60,229 bases of DNA from Welwitschia mirabilis (lineage: Eukaryota), in assembly GCA_051453625.1 (NCBI GenBank), contig JBOZIK010000001.1, positions 32,355,501 to 32,415,729 of the forward strand. Direction: 5' to 3'. Below the pieces are notes generated by a model. The model saw only the letters and a program-made list of their open reading frames with translations, did no database searches and was not told where the DNA came from. The position numbers and the translations under genes were made by a program. Positions 28,231 to 39,860 of this stretch are shown here, in pieces; the first letter of the stretch is position 1; each line of letters starts with the position of its first letter.

Positions 28231-30254
28231 CCTTTCAGGACCTTTCTTTTATTATTATCTAAATTACTTCTTAACTTATTTCTTAGGTGAACATTATGTT
28301 CTCACTTAAATATTCTTAACATGACTTATGTATTTACTTTATGAAGTTTTCATGATTAGTAATAATTTTACTTGGGCATTCTAAATGATAAGAATGACTT
28401 CATCCACTATTCAGACATTTGTATATCTATGAACTTCATTTTGAAGAAAGATGCCTTGGTTATTTTTTTTTCTTTTAATGATGTAAGTAATTAGTTATTT
28501 TTTTGCATGTTCTTACATGTTAATCATTTCATTATCTTACTTTTATTCCACAAGTACTTGGTCATGTATTATATCTATAAAACATGGTCATCATGATGTC
28601 TTACCACAAGTGAATCAGAGCAAATTTTTTTTAAAAGGTTCCTTTAAAAGTACGATATAATATCTATGGAAACTCCACTAGAAGGTTAGTTGACCATGTT
28701 GTGTGGGTCCTTACTCTTCTAATAGTGGTTGCACTTCCCTCATCATGATATAATAAATTTTGCTTAGAGGCTATGAGATTAGTAATGTCCTTGGTATCAT
28801 TATGGGTTTTGCTTATTTTTTAGACTCATTTTATTTATTCTCAATACTTCCACATGATTACTCTACTTTTTCAGGTTCTAGTGTTGATTTAGTATGATAA
28901 ATTATAAGTTCATGTTTTAAATAGATTTTCATCTCATCATTCATTATTTGATAACATTAGATATACTTGACATCATCATAATCATTGCCTATTTGAGTGG
29001 TAATTAATGAGTTTGTAATACTATTATGCATTTTTCATTAAGTGATTTCATGATTTATTACTAAAGGAAATTGTGAAATCAGAACTTATGATAAGTACAC
29101 AATCTTCTTTATGTTCCTAGTTATCCATTTTCATGTTATGTTTCTTTGGCTATTTTGTTTGATTTTCAAAGTTATTTCTCACACTTTTTTAGTATAATAT
29201 TATGGATCTAATCATTTGGTAGTTTTTTGTTGATGTTTTCCCATAATTTCTATAGAGGACATGTTATCATGAAATCATAAGTTCCAATTCTTCTTTTTCC
29301 ATGAGTTAAGGCACATTTGAGGAGTCTTTGAGCATTGCTTATTTTTACTCGGTACATTTTCTTCTATTTTACATCCTTTTTTAATGAGTCTCCTTCCACC
29401 ATGACCATGTTTTTAGGACATTTCTTTACTTTTTAGCTTCTTTTTTGATTTTATGCTATTTTTTATTTGATTTCTTACTTTTAGACTTTTTTCTGGGTTT
29501 TTTTTCTTTCCATACAACTTATCTGATCACTGTCATTCCCTGTCTGTTGCTTCCATGATAGCTAGGATAACACTCATCCATTTTCTTTGGTGTAATTTAA
29601 AATGTCCTCCTTCCTCAATGGAAGAAGGAGAAGAGAATACATTTCTAAGCACTCTTTTGTATTACTGAGCAAAAATTTTAAAATCATAAGGATCATAAGC
29701 TTTTACAATACATATCTAGAAGGGTTATTTGGATATGATTATTTTTTTGTTTTGTCACTTGAATAAAATTCATGAACTTTATCTTTTAAGAGTACAAGTA
29801 GCACACTCATAGAGCTTTCTTGTAGCTATGTTTTAGATCATCCCAAGGATAAGGAATGCTATATTTACTTTTGTACTATACCTTTGTTGATTACACTAAT
29901 TAACTAAGATGCATCATTCTTTTGAGATTAGCATTACTTAAGTTACTTACATCAGTCCAATATCTTTATCTTACATTATGCATACATATTATCATTTTTT
30001 GATCTATCATTGTTACATTTTATGGGTTTTGTACATGTATGACATTCATTCATTCTATGGTGATGTATTTAAGTAAGAGATTTATGAATACATCAGTATG
30101 CATATTAGCTAATTGATTTTTGATATCTATTCCTACATGATTAAATTAAACTTAATTTACATTTTTCTAATTTTTGTTTATCTTAGTCAAATTGGCTTAC
30201 AATATAGTTCATCACTTACTTTGTTAGGGACTAATAAGGCTAAGTAAGAGGCTA

Positions 30255-31506
30255 TGTTGTGATGTAAATTTGTAGGAATTTGATGGTGTATTTTGAGTAT
30301 TTTTATAAAACTTTTATATAGGTTTTAATAAAATACTAATGATTATAGATAACTGATAGGATGATTAAAAACATACAATTCTTAGTGTACTTAGAGACTT
30401 CTCAAGCTTATTCTAATAGTTCATACTTTAGAAAAAGGATTTACTATGTGAAAGACTAATTTATCTTTGAGGTTAAAAAAGAAGAAGCTTGTTGTCTCCT
30501 CTATCATCTCCATGATAGGTAGGATGAAAGCACTGCTAATATGAATGAAGGCTTTAGAGTTGACTTTAGGCTTGAAGCTAATGAAGTACTTTTGACATGA
30601 AGTGTCATCCCATGATTATCTCCACAACAGTTAGGACAACAACAATTCTTCTATGGATGAAAAGATTTATATTTGTAATGGAGTCAAGCAAGTCATTTGA
30701 GCTGCTAGGATTTCTTCTCTGACTCCTAGCATTGAGTGTCTAGAACTTCATTGTAAAATTATAAATACCCCCTTTTCCTTCACTTCCTTTTTTATATTTT
30801 ATACGTAATGCTTTTGTGATAAAAAAATGAAGGATAAGAGGTCCATCTAGTAGCTACATAGAGAAGTCATCTTGGTGTTAAGCTAAGTATCCTTTATTGA
30901 GGAGCTACTACCTTATTGTAAGTGGATGTAAAAGTTATACAATCAACTCAAATACTTGTTTCACTACAAATGTGTGTACATATATTATGGTTTAAGTTAA
31001 TTATAGTTTAGTGATAGTTCTGTAATTTATTTAAATAATAAGAGCAACCTTTATCAAGGTTGATTTTGTTAGATTAGGNNNNNNNNNNNNNNNNNNNNNN
31101 NNNNNNNNNNNNNATTCCTCATATTCTATTTTGGCATATATAATAGTTTACATTAGTTAGGAAAAAGTAATAAAATCTTCTTAATTAATTTGAATTATAT
31201 AGAGATAGTTATTGTGACAGGATAATTAGGATTAAAAAAGAATTTGTTTTACTTTCATTTCATCCATAGCATTTCATCTTCATCCTTGCATTGTTTTTTC
31301 ATATTTGTTTACTTTTAGTTGTTAAAAGACAAAAGACCAAAAATGCTCTTGAAAATCAACTCTATAGCTCTAATCCTAATGCCTTTCTTCAAATTATGAC
31401 ATTTGGATTAACTCTTATCTATACTAGTGTGTGTTTTTCTACAAGTAATCTGATATATAGGTTTATTTAAAAGGCTTAAAAGATTGCATAAATTCATACT
31501 ACAATA
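30255..31506 (+). repeat. 3' LTR of copy C
   Basis: TGTTGTGATGTAAATTT...CATACTACAATA; colinear with 21054-22311. Confidence 0.9.
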
Positions 31507-33195
31507 ATAAATGACATTCTTACTTCTTAATAGAAATCCAACTTGATCTCACTTTTGACTTCTAAGGAGGATGAATTTTCTTAAACTTATAAATGCTTAG
31601 CTACCATTCCTTTCTTCATAGTCTAACACAAAATCTACTTTGAGGATAATGTTAAACCAGTTACATAATCATAAAAAAGACTCAACTAAGCCCTTAAGTA
31701 AGTATTTAAAGATAAAAATATTAAACTTATGAATGCTAGAATCATCTATGCTATATCTAATAGTGAGTGGTTTAGCCCTTTTTAACAATAGTTCCAAAAA
31801 GGGTGGGAAATGAGAATATGCATTAATTTTAGAAAACTTAATGAAGTCACTAAGAAGGATTATTGTCATTTAGCCTTTCTTGATTAGGTGCTTGATAGAA
31901 TTCAAGGACATGCCTACAATTATTTTCTTAATGGGTATAGTAGCTACAATAAATTTTGTATAGTTAAGTGAAGACTAAGTAAAAGTAGTTCTTACCTCTC
32001 CCTTTGGAACTTTTGCCTTTAGAAAAATGACTATTGGACATTACAATGCCCCTGCAACTTTTCAATGAGAAATGATGGGGATCATTTTTGACATGATAGA
32101 TGGTTCTATTGAAATCTTTATGAATGACTTCTCCCTATTTTGTTCATTAAAATGACAAAACTAAAAAAAGAAAGGAAAAAATAAAAATGAAAGAGAGATA
32201 AAGGAGGAAGTTAAAAAAGTAAAAAAAAAATGAATTGAAAAAAATTAGAATGATTTTAAATTTAGTAAAAAGCTCACCAATGCACTAAGAAACTAAAGGA
32301 TTCTAGAATAAAGCCATAAGAAAAAATTAGATGTGCTTGAAACAAAGCAGACAGTAATACTAGTAAGAACTGGTGGTAGTGCTAATAGGATGTAGATGTA
32401 TGGGATAGGTAAACATGAGGTAGATTATAATAGCATGAGAATCATAGAAAATATGAGTGCTTAATGAAAATAGCTAAAAAATCATATGTTTTATAGAAAG
32501 TACATGAAATTTGAACCATTGAATAACTAAGGTTTATAAATGATTTAAATAAAAATTTACCTTGTATTTTATACATGGAAAGAGAAATTAAATTACAGAA
32601 AGCACATGTGTATTTCTTAGTGGGCTTTTTCATAGAAGGAAAAACAAATAAATATGGCTTTTTATGGATGATAAAAGTAAATGTTATGGTAGTGATGTAA
32701 AAAGGATGAATGAAATAATAGAACCTACTATGCATCTTAAATGAAACATGATGAAGGCAAGCTAATCGTCTTACTTATTTATATAATTTTGAGTGGACCT
32801 TTTATCAAGTGAAAGAAAATTATTAATTAGTAAATCCTTATAATTCAAATTAGTCAAAGAACCTTAACTTTAATTTGTTAAAATAATCAAACAAAATATC
32901 TCTCTAGCTCCACCTTAATTTCATTCTATTATCCTTCCTCTTTTATGGGCATCCAAGTTTCAAGCATTTGATCATATTGAGCATTCAATATTATGATACT
33001 TCCTAATAATAGATTTAACATATTATGCTAGAACAATTTAGTGCTATGTTATCAATAGATGTCCATAGCCTTGATGGACTTAACTAAATCTAATATAAAT
33101 GATCATAAATAAATGTGTTAAAAGAGATTCAATATTTTCTTAATTTAATTTATTCTTATTATATATGTGTGGGTGTATGTCCACATGCACATCTA

Positions 33196-34212
33196 TGTGT
33201 GTGTGTGTGTGTGTGTGTNNNNNNNNNNNNNNNNNNNNNNNNNNNNNNNNNNNNNNNNNNNNNNNNNNNNNNNNNNNNNNNNNNNNNNNNNNNNNNNNNN
33301 NNNNNNNNNNNNNNNNNNNNNNNNNNNNNNNNNNNNNNNNNNNNNNNNNNNNNNNNNNNNNNNNNNNNNNNNNNNNNNNNNNNNNNNNNNNNNNNNNNNN
33401 NNNNNNNNNNNNNNNNNNNNNNNNNNNNNNNNNNNNNNNNNNNNNNNNNNNNNNNNNNNNNNNNNNNNNNNNNNNNNNNNNNNNNNNNNNNNNNNNNNNN
33501 NNNNNNNNNNNNNNNNNNNNNNNNNNNNNNNNNNNNNNNNNNNNNNNNNNNNNNNNNNNNNNNNNNNNNNNNNNNNNNNNNNNNNNNNNNNNNNNNNNNN
33601 NNNNNNNNNNNNNNNNNNNNNNNNNNNNNNNNNNNNNNNNNNNNNNNNNNNNNNNNNNNNNNNNNNNNNNNNNNNNNNNNNNNNNNNNNNNNNNNNNNNN
33701 NNNNNNNNNNNNNNNNNNNNNNNNNNNNNNNNNNNNNNNNNNNNNNNNNNNNNNNNNNNNNNNNNNNNNNNNNNNNNNNNNNNNNNNNNNNNNNNNNNNN
33801 NNNNNNNNNNNNNNNNNNNNNNNNNNNNNNNNNNNNNNNNNNNNNNNNNNNNNNNNNNNNNNNNNNNNNNNNNNNNNNNNNNNNNNNNNNNNNNNNNNNN
33901 NNNNNNNNNNNNNNNNNNNNNNNNNNNNNNNNNNNNNNNNNNNNNNNNNNNNNNNNNNNNNNNNNNNNNNNNNNNNNNNNNNNNNNNNNNNNNNNNNNNN
34001 NNNNNNNNNNNNNNNNNNNNNNNNNNNNNNNNNNNNNNNNNNNNNNNNNNNNNNNNNNNNNNNNNNNNNNNNNNNNNNNNNNNNNNNNNNNNNNNNNNNN
34101 NNNNNNNNNNNNNNNNNNNNNNNNNNNNNNNNNNNNNNNNNNNNNNNNNNNNNNNNNNNNNNNNNNNNNNNNNNNNNNNNNNNNNNNNNNNNNNNNNNNN
34201 NNNNNNNNNNNN

Positions 34213-34283
<71 letters not shown>
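33196..34283. repeat. (TG)n microsatellite flanking both sides of a ~1 kb assembly gap
   Basis: TG runs at 33196-33218 and 34213-34283. Confidence 0.9.
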
Positions 34284-34286
<3 letters not shown>

Positions 34287-35117
34287 ATTCATGGCACATG
34301 AAAGGGTTTATTGGCTCATTAGGCTAAAGTAAATTATCTCATACTAATGAGTTCTTTAAAATAAAGAAAAAATATAAAATACCAAAATCCACCTTTTCCT
34401 TGATTCAAGATTACATATCTCTAATGCACATGATTCTTAACAAATAACTTGAAAATTCAAAGAACTAGATAATAAAAAAGTTAAAACCTATATAATCTTA
34501 ATTAAACTTTTAAAATCTAAAGGATATCTTGATTTATGGATTAAAAGAATAACTAAGATCATGGAGTCTCATTAACTTAGACAATGATGAAAGGAACGAA
34601 TAAAATGTAGGTAATAAAGAGTTATGTGGAGGTGATTTAGATAAGTAAAAATGGCTAGATTAATCTAAAATTTCCAAGGCTATAGTAGATAACCCTAATT
34701 TATGCTTATTTGATAAAATTGAGTTGGATTCATAAGAAGGATGTTCAATCATGGATCAAGAGGAAAAATCTAAAGGATTAAGGATTTTACATTTAAAATA
34801 ATAAGATGGATGATCAAGTAACAAATTAGGCCAAGAAAGTTTGTCATGATAAGGCTTCAAACATGAGTTTAAAAACTTCAAAAAGGTATGGAAAGAATAG
34901 TTACTAGGAGTTAAAAATTTTAGATCATAAAAGGATCATTATATTCTTTATCTCTTAATTAACATTTTTTGTAGAACGTTTCTTCCTAGATAAAGACATG
35001 GATGCATAAGAAATCAATAAAAAAGTAGAGTTATCATCAAATATATATCTTAAATCTTCAAGAGATAAGTCCATATAAAAATAGAGAACATTTTCAATAT
35101 TGACATGTGAAACATAA

Positions 35118-37300
35118 TTAAAAAGAATAGAGAAAGAGAGGAAATGTTTTTCTCATAGGAAGGGGAATTAATATTATCATCAAAACTTTAATAAAATCTA
35201 TTCCTTTTAGATCATTAGGTTGTTTTATGGTATTAAATATATTCAACTCAATAGTCATGTTATTAAATGAAATATTCATAAGACCATTTTTAAAATTGAT
35301 AAAATCATCAAGAGTATCAAGAAAAGGTATTTTCAAAATGATTAACATGGTATGACTTCTAGTTTTTTTTCATATCCAAAACTAAAAATCCATAGGAAAG
35401 TAGCAATTTTCCACTTGAATAATCACATCCTTTACTATGCTGAAAAGTGATTTTAAAATGTTATTAGCTAATTATAATTTGAATTTAGTATTTTTAAGAT
35501 CATTGAAATCATGTTCCTTGGAAACACTTTAAAGTAAAATATTATCACTAGGTCCAAGATCTAATAAGGCTTATTGAAAGTTAGTATTTCCAATTGTTAT
35601 GGCTATGGTATGGAAATCTATATCTTTGTATTTTGGGGGAAATTTAATTTTGAATCATAGAACTATTTTGTTAAGTAATATAGAGTTTACTTTTCACATT
35701 CATCCTTCTTTTAGTAGTGTATAGATCTTTAAAGAATTTGGCATATGAAGGTACTTATGTAATGGCTTCTAAAAGAGTGATATTGATCTTTACTTTCTGA
35801 AACATTTATAGCAATTCTTGTTCTTCTTAGTCAACTAATTTTCTCTAAGTTGTAGAGAAAAGGATAGGAATTCTTTGTAATTTGAAATAACTTCTTTTAC
35901 CATATCTTTGTTTCCTACTTCTTTCTCAGTTCTTGACCAACTTTGTTCTACTTCTTCTCGTGGTTATTTCTCTTCTACCTGTTTGTTGGTTCTTTGTTGA
36001 CTTGTTAAATGGATAACTTTGGTTTGATTAACTTTTAATCTCTCCATAAACTTATAACTACTAGGGTTAGGCTCATGTATAGCAAAAATCTTATCCTTTT
36101 TACATTGATTAGGTGACAAAAAGATATGTATAGTATTTTGACTTAGTTATTGCATTTCTTACTCTACATTTTACAATGTAGAAAATGTTTGTTAATCGAA
36201 TTATTATTGTGATTTATTAATGTGATGTTAAACCTCCATAAACTTATGAATTATAACCTCTAAAAATTTATAAGTTAATAAAATATTTAAACTTTAAGGT
36301 TGACTTGTTAAGACTTATCTAAGTTTATCTTATTTTCATGAGAAGTCTAGGTGATTCATCTACCAAAGGTTGTAAATGTTGGAGGAGGGATTTTTTTTCT
36401 CTTTATTTTTGACATTGTTGTATTATGGCCTTAACTTATTCTTTAACTACACCTTGAAACATGGTGATGAATGGAAAATCATAAGTTCCATAAGTATTTA
36501 CAAGACAAATGTTGCAATGTAGAGGTAGAGTCATGGGTTTAGGTTTGGTACTAAGAATCTTAATCTTCTTAGAAAGTTCTTTCAAATTTTATTTGACTTC
36601 ATTATTATCAAGAATTTTAAAGATACTAATAAACCTAATAGGTTGTTGTGATCTTGTAATTCATTAGTTTTTCTTCATTCTTAGAACTTTTAGATATAGT
36701 TTTAAGAAGATCCAATGTTTCATCAATTTCTAAATCTAGAAATAGTTCTCTACATGTTGTCCCTATAAGTGGATTATGATTGGATGAAAGTCCTTTATAA
36801 AAGAAAATTATGATTCTTTCTTGCTCAAAACTATGATGTGGGCATTTAAGAAGTAGATCTTTAAATCTTTCTAGAGTGTAAGAGAAGGTTTCACTATCCC
36901 TTTTTTGGAAGTTCATGATCTCTTATCTAATGGCATTAATCTTGTAATCAAGGAAATATTTTCTAATTAAAGCTTAATTAAGTCTAGTTCAATTAGTACT
37001 AGAAATATGTTTTAAGGTATAAATCCAAGATTTTCCCTTCTCTTTAGGAAAGAAATGTAACAAAGTCAACCTAAGTGGATCATATGTATCACATCTTTAA
37101 TGGATTATAGAGAAGACACACTTAAAATCCTTAAATGTAAGTGAGGATCCTTAGACTTTAAACCATAAAAATGTAACAGAAGTTGAATAATTGCCAATTT
37201 AAAGTTAATTCTTCATTAAAAAGTTAAATAATACAAGAGCATGTACCTATGTATTGTAGTTCTTTCAAAGTTCATCTAGGTTGGTTGAAGCTAAAGTTAC
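35118..37300 (-). pseudogene. Athila gag + aspartic protease pseudogene (copy D)
   Basis: IIQLLLHFYGLKSKDPHLHL, DPLRLTLLHFFPKEKGKSW, ERFKDLLLKCPHH...FFYKGL (ORF 36635-36916), ALLDLGPSDNIL (~35535-35570), ILKIPFL...NGLMNISFNNMTIELNIF (ORF 35118-35348). Confidence 0.88.
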
Positions 37301-38582
37301 TTTTAGAGTTATGATATTGAGAACCTAATGGATTATTTTGATTTTTTAAGATTCCTCTATTTCAAGATTGATAAGGATTTAATGCAGTATACTATCAAGT
37401 GTTCATTACTAATTCATAAAACATAAGAAACAATTATAAAATGTTATTTTTTTTGGATGCACATGATATGTGAAAATATGGAAAATGATGTAAATGTAAG
37501 ATTCATCATAGATGAAGATATGTTGATGCAAGAAGCTAATGACATTAGTAAGAAAAGATAGTGGTATCCATAATTCAGTGTAAAACAAATTTATTTAAAG
37601 ATAGAACTATGGCTCTTAAGATGACTAATATTCTTGGAAAATAGATCATTATCGCTAACTAATTAAAAAAATATTGAATGAAAATTTTGATAAGGGCTAA
37701 TGAAAAAGTTAAATATACAATTCAATTTGATACAAAAAATAAAAATGTTGAAATGTATAATGTAAGCACTAAAGAAATTCCTTAAGACTTTGGTTGCTGA
37801 TGTTTTTATTTAAAATTTTATTTAACTATCTCATGAAGTAATCACTTGAGAGAAAGGGAGGAAGAGATGAGATAAGAGATGATATAAAGAGAAGATGGAT
37901 AAAAGAAAAAAAATTTTGGGTTATTTTTCTTGATTTCTTATCTTCAAACCTACAAAACAGTAGTTCTTATAAGAAAATTTATATTATATATAATTCTATG
38001 AAGAAAAGAAAGAAAATGATAGGAAAATAAAACAAAAAGAAAAAGAAAAGAAAGAAAAATAATAAAAAGAAGTTACTATATTAGGTCTTTTCAATTGAGC
38101 GCAAGACATGATCAACACTAATCCACTAGTAATAAAAAGGAAAAATAGAAAAAAAAATCAATAGAAAGAGACTAATATAAAAGAAAAGAACTAAAAAGAG
38201 GTATAAAAATATGAATTTTATGCATGTTTCACTATAGCTATCATGCCACTATTCCTGATAATGATACCAAAAAGATATTTATGGTAAAATTTAGATATGC
38301 TTGTATCTATTATTAATGTATAACAAATATCAAGATCATCCTAGGGATATAAATCTTTCATGGTCAAACCTAACTTTTACTAATAGTACTTAGACTTCCA
38401 TTTGTAGTATTTTCCTAATGCCTTTCTTTCATGGAGGTAACTAACATGAAGCAAGCATAATAATGATAAGTAAAAGATACTGAAACTGTATAAGATAACT
38501 TAGAATGAGACATAACTTTCAAACTAGCATAATAACTACATGGAAAAGTATAAGTATTAAAGTAAATTCATCTAGTTTTTAC

Positions 38583-38690
38583 TCTAACTTAAGCACAGTA
38601 GCATAATCTCATCCATCATTAGACATGAGACCTATGTAGTTCTAGCTTAAGCACAGTGGCATAATCTCATCAATCATAAACTTGAGAGTG
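38583..38690. repeat. Two-copy ~58 bp tandem repeat inside the LTR of D
   Basis: TCTA(A/G)CTTAAGCACAGT(A/G)GCATAATCTCATC at 38583 and 38641. Confidence 0.85.
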
Positions 38691-39740
38691 ATGTTTCTAA
38701 GCCACCTAGTCTTTATAACAAGAATAAAATAAGTATGCAAAGTATGGGTCTCCTAAGATTCATCAAATAAACATTTAGGTTATGCAATCTAGAATGAAAA
38801 GAAGAATTACAAAAAGATCTTAAATTAAAATTAGGTCTCAATCAATCCTAAGCATAACAAGTATGAAACAATCATGACTTGATATTAAAGAAATGCATCA
38901 AAAACATGTAACACTTTATTATTAGAAAATTAAAAGTATATAATCCATAAAATCACTCATACTAAACCAAGAAGCTTCATGCTAGCTTGATAGCTATCCC
39001 ATTTCTTTGGGAGGCTTAGAAAGAATACATGACTAAATCTTTAATATCTCTTGTATAATATGCCAAATGTTATTATCAAATGAAGTAAAGTAGAATATTT
39101 ATAGGCCTAAATTAGGATTCCAATTCAGGCTTCTAAGGCAATTCATTCATTAGATTCCCAAAGAATATGAGGTTGTCCTTTACTCATAAGGTCAACTTAA
39201 GGGTTCTTATTAAAAAATATTCTTCATTTATGTTCTACATTTGGACATGACCAGAATTAATTAATTGCATTAAAAAAGCATAAGAACATAAGTATAAACC
39301 CATTTTACTCATATTAGGTAGCATCACTACTTCTAAAATTAACATTAATGATAATAATATTTAGCACTCCTTCATCTTCTGCCATAATGCTTTAGATGAT
39401 ATACATATCCTATAAAATAATAGTGTTAAGGTAGATTATTAGTAAAACTAGATTGTATAGCCTTACGGATAATAAATACATAAAATGATTTAGAGGTTAA
39501 TTAATCATGCTAACAAGGCCTAAATTCCTTGATATAAAGGTAAAATTTTGCATGTTATTAATGATATTTATTTAGAGACAAATAGAAGAAGTCCTTATTT
39601 TTTATGAAAATAATTTAAAAAGGAAGAAAAAATAAAACAAAAATGATCTTTAATAGAACTACTTGGATTTAGGCTTTGCAAAACTACTAATGAAAATAAA
39701 TCAATGAGGAACAAGTTAAAAATATGGACCTCAATATTTT

Positions 39741-39773
39741 AATTTATACATGAATATATTAATTTATACATGA

Positions 39774-39838
<65 letters not shown>

Positions 39839-39860
39839 TACATACATACGTACATACATA
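39741..39860. repeat. 20-bp duplication followed by (CA)n and (CATA)n microsatellite
   Basis: Directly visible. Confidence 0.9.

Larger units (their letters stand above)
21054..31506 (+). mobile_element. Full-length decayed Athila-like copy C, nested in the pol of copy B
   Basis: LTRs 21054-22311 and 30255-31506, PBS at 22312, PPT at ~30240-30254, TSD ATAAG (21049-21053) / ATAAA (31507-31511). Confidence 0.92.
16066..32135 (+). mobile_element. Athila-like copy B: 5' LTR, gag, AP; interrupted by copy C; resumes in RT and is truncated after the catalytic motif
   Basis: LTR 16066-17314, PBS, gag ~18100-19000, protease FINIEANVNIM (~19815). Pol continues seamlessly at 31512 through to IFMNDFS (~32115-32135). 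No RH, INT or 3' LTR found. Confidence 0.85.
34400..39510 (-). mobile_element. Second Athila family (copy D), minus strand: 5' LTR, PBS, gag, protease; RT/RH/INT not seen
   Basis: Minus-strand PBS TTTTTGGTATCATTATCAGGAA (38252-38273); LTR-like sequence ~38274-39510 (outer end approximate); gag and protease motifs described in the next feature. Confidence 0.75.
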
